Assembly: GCA_051362555.1 (NCBI GenBank)
Contig: CM120641.1
Coordinates: forward strand, 31,998,401-32,062,400
Direction: 5' to 3'
DNA length: 64,000 nt
Origin: Lingula anatina
Taxonomy: Eukaryota > Animalia > Brachiopoda
Below the pieces are notes generated by a model. It had not been told where the DNA came from. It saw nothing but the letters and a program-made list of their open reading frames with translations, and ran no database searches. The first letter of the stretch is position 1; the number at the start of each line of letters is the position of its first letter. Positions 52,765 through 64,000 of this stretch are shown here, one piece after another. Position numbers and translations under genes: made by a program.

Positions 52765-54414
52765 GTATAATTCACAGTCCATCTTCGTTGTAGTTTGTGA
52801 CTTTACGTCATTTCTTAGTGAAGCGGTGTTGTCCTCAATTTACCTTAAATGTCCAAATTACTAAGAAGAAACCACTTGCAAGAATTATAAGGCTTTTTAT
52901 ACTGCTAGGTCTATAGACGTGATACACACGATATCTTGCAACCCCACAAAATCTGTTTCTTAAAATTTTGGTTCCACCACAAAGCTTAGCACTATCATTC
53001 TTTTTTGCTTTATTGATATATTTTCAGTACATAAATAACCATTGTCTGTTGCCCAATTTTGCACAAAATTATTAAGATAATCCCCAAAACCTCATTAATT
53101 GTGTTTCCTCCATCCCAAAAAATATTAAAAATTTCTCCTCATAATTTAGTAGTGCACTGGCATCTACACAGTACATAAATGTATCATTATAATAACATCT
53201 TGTTCTTACTGATAACATAATTAGCTTAATTCCATAACAATTCTAAAATATTAATAACAATGAAAATTCAAAGTAGATGGCAAGATTCTTATTGTGCTGA
53301 TAAAGATAAAATATGTAAATTCAATACTGATTAGGTACTGTATACTGGCTCATTGAAAAAAGGGAACCGTTTCACAAAAAAATTAAGCTTAGACTGCTAA
53401 ATCTGGATAGCCAACTATACAAAGTCAACTTTGCGACATTGTCTTACAACTACAATTTTTTAAGAATGATTGGTCCACAGTTGATGAGTAGAATATACAT
53501 AAATGGGCTACTGACACCACTGCAAGTAAAAGACTTGCCAAGACAATCAAAATGTAAATCAAAGGAAAGCGAAAAGAAAGTAAAAAGACTGGAAAAAATG
53601 AGGCAAAATTGATAACTTGGTTAATGAGCGAACAATACTCTAGTTTTGATTAAATCAGAACTTTTCTTGCACCTTTTCTTGGGGAATAGGGGATTGGTGT
53701 AGTGAAAGCCCAACCTTAACCTTTGGATGCTATTCTCATTAAACATATGCATAAAAGACAAAATTTAGACCACAAATAGATTCATGCAATCTACCAACCT
53801 TTTTTACAGTGAGTCATTGCAACTTATCAGTTATTTCTGGCCTAGGCTATCTGTAAGATTCTTACAACTGTGAAGTGCAACTTAGCCAGCTAAGTCTTTA
53901 TAGGCTCAGATTTTAGACTACAAACCAGCTTCAAACATTTAGTAAAGCAAGTGCAAGGAATAGTTAGTTTGAAGGCTCTGTCTCCCCATAGGGTGAGAAC
54001 AAACACAGTCACACTGTATGATACATTACAGAAAACATTGGTTAAAAATATACTCTGGAATTTTACATTTTCACTAGTATAGAATCAATTTGATTTCTAA
54101 AACTGACTTATTATAAAAATACTCCTGTCAATTTAAAACTTTTTCATAAAGCATATCTGAGATACACTGATAAAATGTTATTAAAAATATTAAAATTTGA
54201 TATTCACAGATAAAATAGGCTCAAGTCAAAATGATTAAGACAATTATTGAAGCATTATTCAAACCCCAATTTTGATTATTTTCATACAATTAGTGATTCA
54301 CAAGTTCTTTAACAGAGTTGTACCTAATCTGACTACATGATATCTATCAAAATCTCTCTAAAATCAAGTGACAAAAAATGCCCACAGTTTCAAGCACCAT
54401 AAAATATGGCTTAA

Positions 54415-55990
54415 GGGATCTTGGATATTAACGAAAAAGTCCAAAACTAATGCAGCTAATGAAATTTCCTATTAACTTAAAGAAAAGGTCTAGCAAGCCA
54501 AACAATTTTTCAAAGTTTGTAGTCACAGTGTAACACGAGTGACGTAATATCAGCGTTTTGAGGCTAAAATTGTCTTTTTTTCAATCAAGAATTTCTCTTA
54601 AACAAAAAGCCCTATTAATACGATTGAAATAGCTATCTAAAGGTTAGCACAAACTCCTTTAAACTCTGTCAGGATTTTCTCTTTTTATTTTTACTTTTGA
54701 TTTTATTTTGATAAAACGTGAATTTTACGAAATATATATGGACCTTCCAATTTCAGTATTAATAACTTCAAAAATAAAAGGTCAATCCAAAAACCAAGAC
54801 TCAGACGACTAGATATTATACTGAAACAGAGACACATCAAATTTCATGTCAATCTGACAGTTACAGAATAAGATATGGGGATTGAAGTTTAGACTATGTT
54901 ATCAATCTTCAAAGCTGAGAAATCGCCCCTAAACCATTTTGCTCAGGTAATTGGGCTATTTAAGCAAAATAATTGCACCTCCACCTTACCTGTTATCATC
55001 ATGTTGATCGGGAAGGTCTATACACCATTACGTGTTAAAATTGGGTTGTTTGTTTCTATCTAGATGCCAGAAAATCTTACTTTTGTATGCAAACTTATTC
55101 GTACCACGAAAGTCGCTCTTCCCTGGGAAATGATTGACAGCTGAGTAGGTCTACCTACTCTCGTTTCACTGACGTAATTAATCATAATTGTGCCTGACGC
55201 AGTAGGAGTCTGTGCGCTGTCTAGGAAGTGTCTAAGGAAGCGCTTACAAACAAAAAGAGGATTACTTGGTGTGCCAGCAGAGGACAATGCCACCCGTCGT
55301 GCGTGGGCGCCGCTCTACACACCAAGACGCGAAAATTGAGAAAGTAAAGCAAGATTTACTCCGAGAAATGGCCGAATGTGGGTACGTATATGCCATGATG
55401 CCACACAGTGCCAAGACCGTAATATGCGAATTTGAAAATGTTTTGGGTGGCAATATTACTTTAAAACTTGCTTGCTATTACAATCTTTATTGTGCATAAA
55501 ATGATTGCCTAACGATTTTTTTTCTGACAACCCCAGACGTTGTACGAATACTCAGCAGTTCAAGTGTGATCTCGAGTCTTTACCGCGGGGTTTCTCCATC
55601 CACCAGAAGCACTCTCTTTCAAAATTCTCTTGCTTTCCTCGCTCATCCGTTTTCTCACGACTTTCTTTCTTCCCATGACTGTGTATATAACTGTGTTCTG
55701 CTTAGCTGACGTAAGACTTATGAGCTGCCAGGGCACGCGTAACAGCTTAAGAAGTTAGACAACCATTCTTGCCCCGCCCCCCATAGTAACGGTGCTTGAC
55801 AACGGAGGCGGAGCCTAAAGCCTGCCACCCGTACCAGTCAGGACAGGTAGAAAAACTCGTCCAAATGTATATTTTTAGTCCGTGTTTCACAAATATAACT
55901 TAATTGAGTATTAGATACAAAATTGATTATTTCTAACGTATAAAAAACTAAAAATCGAGTTTTAGACGTATTTTTAATATCCTAGACCCC
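54415..55990. mobile_element. TTAA-specific DNA transposon (Kolobok-like), non-autonomous
   Basis: TTAA at 54411-54414 and 55991-55994; TIR gggatcttggatattaa / ttaatatcctagacccc; CpG-rich core with short ORF remnants. Confidence 0.75.
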
Positions 55991-56306
55991 TTAAGTAAGT
56001 AATATCCTCAATTGTTTCATAATAAACGTCATGTCACTTGAATGTACCATTCTCCAGAAAAAAAGATGAACTTGCAAGGTTTGATAAGTCTGCGTTTACA
56101 GGTAGATGTCATAGTTTAATATACATGAGGCAGCTTTATATCGTGGTCAACAATATTATATTATATCAGTTTCTCTAGCCTCCATGTCTTATTCGTCATA
56201 ATATTTTGATTTTCAAATTCAGGGTCCCCTAGTAAAAGATCTTGCATTTCCTCTTGATCACAGAAGAATCTGAGTTGAGAATACAGTTGAGAATACAGAG
56301 TTAAAA

Positions 56307-56412
56307 TTAGGCCTCTCCTCTCCACTCGGGGTCCTCTTGCAACTGAACCTGGCTGACATCCATGGTTACATCTTGAAAAATAATATATTCCCAAAAAAGT
56401 TTTAAAGGTGCA

Positions 56413-56450
<38 letters not shown>

Positions 56451-58994
56451 TAAAATCAATAAATCTTGGACACATTACTTGTCGTACGTCTGAATAACAT
56501 GACAGACAAGAAGAAAATAGTTGCTCTTGAAAATGGACTTTAAGTAATGAAAATGCAAGATGACAGCTAGTAGACAGTACATGTGCATGCAATTTATTTG
56601 AAATTCTGACTTTTCAGTTTCATTTAACAGTCTGTCTGAACTAAAACATGGTAGCTTTCTCTTTTTAATCTTTCTATCCTCTGTTTTTTTTTGTCAGTCT
56701 GTCTGAACAAACATTAAAAATTTAATTTATGAACTTTATTAAATCCTTAACATTTCTTTTTTTGTTGGTTTGTCTGTCTGTCTGAACAAGAGCTCTTAGA
56801 AACAATGAGATTAAATAAAGATTAAATAAAGGAAAAAAAATTTTGAACCTAACATGGCTGATTTGTGTTTGGTTTGAAAAAGTCTTATAATTTGATTGAA
56901 CTTTTTTTGCTTACTGATCAAATAAATTAAAATAATTCACTTCACCTGTTCCAATGTTTATCTTGCGAAAGAAGAAACGGATCCCCTACAACAATCAATA
57001 GGGCCTTTGCTCTTGTGATCGACACATTAAACCTCTGAAAAAAAAATTAATCCCACATGTAACTGTATGTGCGGGTGAACACTGAAGACAGTATAGTCTG
57101 AGACTAACTGTTCATATCTCTTCTGTGAATTCCGCATCACATGGCATAGTCTCTGCAGTGCCATAGTGGAAAGAAATGGTGATGAAAATAGTATGGACTA
57201 TAGCTGTTTAAATAACCTTACATTTCAAAATATGTGTGTGCACATCCACATGTACAAAGTCTTATGAATTATGTGTTCACGCATGTACACATGCCACAGC
57301 ACAATCATGGTAATGACACTATCTTTTCAATGGGCAAAAATTATCAAACTTTCAAATGTATACCTTTATAAACACATAAAGTATATAGTATTAGTGGTAC
57401 TCTTACTGCACAGATTAGAACTATAGAGTAGCTTACTTTTTTATTCTGTTGTGACCATCCAATAGGAATTGGGTAGGAGTATCAAAATTTTAAAAATTAA
57501 TGGCCTAAAAAATACCGCATCTGTAAAATTCACGATTTCCCCCCCCCCACTGAAAAAAATCAAGTTATTACCATATGCTGAGGTGGCACTAGCAATTTTT
57601 TCTAAAGCCAAATTACTACTTTTTCATCACTTTTTTCTCCAAAATGGTTTAAATTTGACTAAAATAAGTCAAATAAACCCTATTTTGTTTAGCCAATTGA
57701 AGTCAGTTTTAGCATTTGGCTTAATTGGGCAGTGTTAACTCTACCCCAGTTTGTGTGTCCACATGCATAAGTGTGCATTTACAGGCCCGTAACCAGCAAT
57801 TTCGAAAGGGGGTTTCTTTTTCTGAAAAAGTGGACCTTTTTCCATAAAAACTTCATGTACCTAGATCAAATTTTACCCACAGTGGACCTTTTCCCAGCAA
57901 AAGTGGCAGTTCTTTAAAACCCCCGAACCCCCCCTGGCTACGCGCCTGATTTAATACTCATCCGTTACATTCAGCATTTACTTTATCTTTATCTTATTTT
58001 ACTAGTAGTTAGCCATAACTCTGAACAGGCTGCATATTGTTAGTACATTACATTATAACCAAGCTCAGGTGGATTAGTAATTGAATTTGCCATGTGAGAT
58101 GGGAGTGAGCAAATTCGCCACAATTTTAATTTTAATTTTTTAAATTTTTCTTTATACTTTATCACATGTACACTTCTGTAGTTAAAGTAGGACTTTTCAT
58201 AAGCCTAACAGTACCATATCTATAACATACTATTAACTCAGATGTATTGTGGCTGTACTTTAAGGTAAATGGAATGTTGGACCTTTAAAGAATGTTGACT
58301 ACTGGCTCTTTAGAGCTACGCCGCATTCTTAGAATCTATTGCCCTAACTCAGCAAAAAGGCCCAGTTAATAATTGTAAACAAATTTGCAAAGTTTTACTA
58401 GGCAGCTTCAATTAATTGGCATTTGGCGTAAAGCCCGATTTGATATTGCAAACTGTTGTTAGTAACTTGAAAAGGGAGAGGGACTGGGGAGGGGTTGCCT
58501 GTATTCATCATGGAATAAGCTCTGTCATATTTCCCTCACTTGTTTTCTGTAGGGGGAAATAATTCCAATTTCATTCTGCAAGACTTGAATGCCTCTGGCC
58601 TCCAGTAGCTTCTCCACATATCCCAACACAATAGTTGCTTCTTCTGGATTGAAGAATGATGGACTCCTTTCCTCCCTCATGTCCTCCCCAACCACTCCAT
58701 GGAATACAAAGGGACACCCCATTTTTGGTAAACCTTCCCAGTTGCAGAGGGACTCCCTGGCAAGTCGGTCAGCACAGGCTTCTAGCTCATTGTCGTAGAA
58801 CTGTTCGTTTGGAAGCTTGAGGATAGCAGGATGTGATCTGTAGTTTTTGAGGAGTTTTGTAAGGAGGAATGGGTTGTAATGGCCTTGACGTTGGTACAGT
58901 ACATCTTGATCGTCGTCATCTGAGCCAGGACTCGAACCACCCCTCTTCTTGTACACATCACAGTAGGTCTTGTATCTTTCTAAGAGTGAGAGTC
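56307..58994 (-). CDS. MOV10: MOV10-like SF1 (Upf1-like) RNA helicase, 3' exons; upstream exons lie beyond the window
   Basis: Exon 58540-58994 (LSLLER...TKLLKNYRSHPAIL...FHGVVGEDMREERSPSFFNPEEA...IGIISPYRKQ), exon 56946-57034 (RFNVSITRAKALLIVVGDP...W), possible 11-nt exon 56479-56489, last exon 56307-56371 (QLQEDPEWRGEA*, resembling the MOV10 EPEWRNEL end). Expected intervening exons were not found. Confidence 0.88.
57782..57948. mobile_element. Small MITE (partial relative at ~25964-26045)
   Basis: TIR caggcccgtaaccag / ctggctacgcgcctg; attta on both flanks. Confidence 0.7.
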
Positions 58995-59754
58995 CTGTAA
59001 GACATTAAAATAATGAGACATTTCATATACATGTATAAATATATAAATGAAGTTATTCTTTATCAAAGAAACTAAATAACTATGAGGTTCAAAAGGTTTT
59101 AATTTCACCATTATATGTACAAAAGAGATGAAAGAGACATTTTGTCAATGCTTAAGTACAAAATCTCTACTACCACATGTAAAAGTATTTCAGTGTTTGC
59201 AATTTACCAGAGCTTATAGAACTACCAAAAAAAACTGATCCTTGTCAAAACCTAGTCCTAGTCAAAAGAAAGACTTTCTTTTGTCAAATTTAAAATTATT
59301 GAAGGAATAATTCTGGGCACATCCATAGCAGTAAAAATGTTTCATAATTGCATTACCTTTTATTTTACTTAAATCTTAGAAGCAGAAATCACTGGTCAAT
59401 AAAAAGCTTTTAGAATAAGTCCTACATGTATATGATTTTACCAGACTCTCAAACACCTTTGTAAATATTATAGTTAATCATAGTACTTTTGTCCACAATT
59501 TTCAACTTCACTTTTCTTTTAGTCATAGTCTTATTTCATTTTTATTTAAGCCCAAGGTAGTAATGTAACTTCCCCTTTTAATGCATTTCATAACACATAC
59601 ACTCACACACACTGGCAGATTAAAACTTTACTATTACTCATATTATCATTTTTATTATAATGGCTGTTGGGGGCATATTATTATAATTAAATATATTAAA
59701 AACTATTATAATTATAATTATATACATTAAAAACTTATTTGCAATATAAAACAA

Positions 59755-62700
59755 AATTTACCTGCATAATTATCACTGCTTCCTTATTATTAATCCAGCA
59801 GAGAGCTTAACCTTTGGGAGTTTACAGAGAAATATCAACAAGTGTGCTTTATGTAATCTCATTTAATGGCCTATTAATTAGGCAAATGACTTTATAACTT
59901 TATAACTTAGCCTAGTGAGACCTAAGGGAAATTTACAGACTGACCCTCTCAAAGGTCTTCAGGCCCATAAGTCACACCCTTAAGAAATGCACAAAACAAT
60001 AATGCACAAAATAGGAGACTATCAATTCTGATACAATAATACATTGTGTTTAACTGCACAGTCAACATCAAATGTTTTAAAATTATGCACAACAGGTAAC
60101 ACCGACGAAAGTAAAAGCATAAGGCTTCAGGCCCATCAGAGTTCAAGTTTATACTTAGAAAGTGCCAAAATGAGAAAAATGAAAATTTCACAAAAAATGC
60201 ATAAATTTAATAAAAGTGATAATCTAATAGAGCTGGTTTTCTAATACCGGTATGAGCTGTATGTCAATCCTAAGAATCATTCTTGTAAGACACGTTGAAA
60301 AATTAGAAAGTAACAGTTTTCTTTCTATAACGTTAATGGTGGCAGTGTACAAAAGAGGTTTTTTGTCAATTTTGATGCAACATTACATAATGATTAACTG
60401 TATAAATACCACCAATTTTTAAATATCTACTATTAAAAACATGGACATTAAAAAAAGGTGATTACCACTGGGCTTCATGCCCAAGGGGGCTCTAAGTCCC
60501 ACATTGAAAATTCCAGTATGTGAAAGATAGAAATTTTCACAAAAAAACCTCTATAACTTCCAGAAAATTAACTAATGAGACAGATTTTCCAACTGAAGCT
60601 GTATTTCAGTCCTATGTTTCTTTCCTTTAAGTGTAAAAAGAGCAAGTGACATGGTTTTCCTTTCACGGTCACTAAGGAGGCAGTGCCTAAAATAGGGTTT
60701 TGTTCAATTTTGATGCAATATTACATAATGCTTAACAGCATAATAACCATCAGTTTTTTAATGATAAAATAAAACTATCATGGATATTCACAAAATGTGT
60801 CTAGCCCATAGAGTTCAGAAACACTTTGAAAATCCCAAAATCTAAACAAGAGAAACTGTATTAAAAAGAGTTTATTTCCATTTTCAATACCTTTTTTACA
60901 TGAAAAAAAATAATTGATTTACTGTCATTTTTATATGATCAATTAAAATATGTTGTCAAAGGAAAAATATCAATAGAACAAATTTAAATGCCCAACTTGC
61001 TCCATTCTGAGATTCTTAACTTAGTGAATGATTGAATCTGATGAACTTCAATGATATGAGTTCCCTTCCATTTTTGATACTTTATTACACAATGCACAAT
61101 AAAAGGTGTACTGTCATTTTTATATAATCAACTAACAATATTTTTAAGAAGCAGAAAATGTCAAAACAACACTTTTACATATCTAATTTGTTCCATATTG
61201 AGACTGTTAACATGCCTAAGAATTAAATCTGAAGAAAAGCCACTTATATGCAATAAGGCTAATAACTTCATCAAAACTTAACTGATCAAGCTTATTTTCA
61301 AACTTGATCTGTATATTAGTCAGACTGATCACTCCTGTAAGTTTCAAGACAAAAGGCTGATTGGTTTTCCTTAAAATGTGTTATCAGTGTTGCATATATG
61401 CTGAATAATGGAAAAAAACAGCATAACTTTAAATTTGTAAAAATAGTCCAATCAAGCCAATTTTCGAACTTGACCTGTGTATTATGAATGTTCATCAGTT
61501 CTGTAAGTTTCAAGCCAAAAGGTAAAATGGTTTTCCACTTATCGTGTTATCAGTGCTGCATATGTGCTGAGAAAATGCAGAAAATGGTTCATTTTGTTAA
61601 TTTTGATGCAATAATAAATCATGCCTACAATAGCACTGTCAATCAACACTGAATTTTAATCATGCACAACAGGTGACATCGTCAATAACAGGAGCGGATC
61701 CAGAGATATTTTCTGACAGTATTCCAAATTATCTTTGTTGATCCATCCTACATTTTTGATGGTCTTCCAACAGAAAAAAAAACAGATACCCATCAATATG
61801 AACTTTAAAATCTGAAAGACCCAGAAGACAGCCTCAATCCACCCCTGCAATAAGATTACAGTTTCAACTTTCAGGACCAAATTCACATAATGAAAATCCC
61901 AATATTTGAATAATGATGACAATGCATAAAATAATATTACATAATGTTTAAAGACATAAAAACCAATGCAACTGTTTATGTGGAAATACAGAGAATGTGA
62001 AGAGCTTCAGGTGGATGGGAGCTGAAAATGCCAGTGTTTGAAAAATAAATTAAAAAGAAAACACAACAAAAATATCCCATTAAAGCTGCTATTCAAACTT
62101 TTAATCTTGCTGTAATAACATGATATGAATAACCCCAATGTGTTTGAGGATAATAAGGCACTGTTATTCAAATTTTTTTCTTTTGTTAACTTATTTGCAA
62201 TATTAAACAACATTTACCTGCATAATTATCACAGATTCCTAATTATGTGACACAGTTAAGAGAGCTTAACCTATGGGACTTTACTGGGAAATCTCAACGT
62301 GTGTTTTATGTAATCTTATTTAATGGGCACTTGGAAATTAATTAGGCAAATAGCTCTGAATTTAGCTTGTGACTACCCAAAGGGACAATTACCACCATCC
62401 ATAAACAGTAGCCCCATATAGCACTCTATGGAGCTGCATTGCTTCCAGAACAGAAAACAATCACTCTGATTTTCCAACACAAACTGCAAGTCAGTCTTAC
62501 AAAACTTTTCAGTAAGTTTGAGTATCATAAGTAACATGGTTTTTCCTTAATGGTCATTCCGGCAGCCATTTCCAAAATAGGGTTTTCTTCAACTTTTATG
62601 CAATATAACATAATGACCATCAATTTTTAATAATAAAATAAAAGTATCATGGATATACAGAAAATGTGACATGGAAAGGTCTTCAAGGCCATGGAAGTTC

Positions 62701-63682
62701 AGAGTCACACTTTCAAAATGCCAAAATGTACCTGTATACAAGAGATAACTGTATTGAATTGATTTTCTTCCATTTTCAACACCTTTTTTCCATATAACAA
62801 AGTAATCAATTTACTGTCATTTTTAAATGAACAACTGAGAAAATTGTTGACATAGGAAAAATATCAATAGAACAATTTTAAATGTCCAGTTTGCTCCATT
62901 CTGAGATTCTGAACATGGTGAATGATTGAATCTGACAAACTGTAAAGATATGAGTTTATTATTATTTCCATTTTTTGACACTTTATTACACAATTACAGG
63001 TTTACCATCTTTTTTATATAATCAACTAACAATATTGTTAAGATGCAGAAAATGTCAAAAGAACACCTTTACATATCTAATTAGTTCACAGATGAGATTG
63101 TTAACATGCCTAAGAATTAAATCAAAGGAAAAAACACTTATATACAAAAAAGGCATAACTTCACCAGAACTGAACCAATGGAGCTTATTTTCGAACTCCA
63201 TCTGTATTTCAGTAAGACTGATCACCCCTGTAAATTTCAAGACAATTGGCCAATTGATTTTCCTTGAAATGCGTTATCGGTATTGCATACATGCTAAAAA
63301 AAGTGAAAAAAGAGCATAACTTCCATAAAAATGGCCCGATCATGCTGATTTTCGAACTTGACCTGTGTATTATGTATATTCATTAGTTCCATAAGTTTCA
63401 AGCCAAAAGGTAAAACGGTTTTTCACTTATCGTGTTATCGGTGTTGCATATATGCTGAAAAAAGTGAAAATACAGCATAACTTCCATATAGATGGCCATA
63501 TCATGCTGATTTTCGAACTTGACCTGCATATTATGAAAGGTCATCAGTTCTGTAAGTTTCAAGCCAAAAGGTAAAACGGTTTTTCACTTATCATGTTATC
63601 GGTGGTCAAAGTGCACGGCGACGACGACAGACGCAGGTGATGGCTACATGTGCAGACACATCTGTGTCTGTACATAAAAATT
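59755..63682 (+). mobile_element. Large Helentron-like composite repeat in a MOV10 intron, with internal duplications
   Basis: 60600-61560 recurs at 62470-63600; ~165-bp units at 63300-63600; ends in hairpin gcagacaca-tc-tgtgtctgtacataaaaa, also seen at ~21264-21290 and ~27241-27260. Confidence 0.7.
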
Positions 63683-64000
63683 AAAAAAAAAAATTTACAA
63701 AGGATTTTTCTAAAGGTAAAAGGGAATGACTGTCTCATTTTATTAGTTTTCTCAAGTGCAGCACTAATTAATCCACTTGAAATGATTTATATTGCATTTT
63801 TCAACCATTCTTTTTCCTTTCAAATGATTCATAGGTTTTGTAATCACATGTGATATCTTGAAAAGGTCGCCAGGATATCCACTACTATATATCTATATTC
63901 TTTTTCTATAAAGAAAATTTAAACAGAGTCAGCAACAAACAATGACAGGAGGAGTACTTTATTTTCATATTATCAATTGGACAGTAAAAGAATAAAGCAG

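Noticed and set aside
56161-56592. 143-aa ORF as the MOV10 terminal exon
   Set aside because: It includes an (ATT)n microsatellite, and the MOV10-like DPEWR terminus is in another frame ending at 56307.

Overview
Eukaryotic, AT-rich, intron-containing animal genomic DNA. The repeat content looks marine-invertebrate or mollusc-like, but that is inference. Four host genes can be rebuilt exon by exon: Dymeclin (DYM, minus strand, 5' part, runs off the left edge), a complete PMS2 (minus), ECSIT (plus, head-to-head with PMS2 across a ~110-bp promoter), and the 3' end of a MOV10-type SF1 RNA helicase (minus) that appears to lack the exon(s) for helicase motif V. Introns carry many MITEs (PIF/Harbinger, hAT-like, foldback), Helentron-like elements, a TTAA/Kolobok-like element, and Penelope and L2/CR1 remnants. 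The most unusual part is the ~38.8-52.8 kb interval between ECSIT and MOV10. It holds an unannotated minus-strand spliced unit with a canonical TATA(-31)/Inr promoter, a tandem array of nine ~131-bp exon+intron cassettes, two 7x52-bp arrays and a 70-bp array (exon and repeat units all 3n+1 long). Orphan promoter-like sequences (an NF-kB-like site cluster and an ETS-CRE motif) lie nearby, possibly all within one large decayed TTAA-bounded element. All calls were made by eye; no database searches were run.
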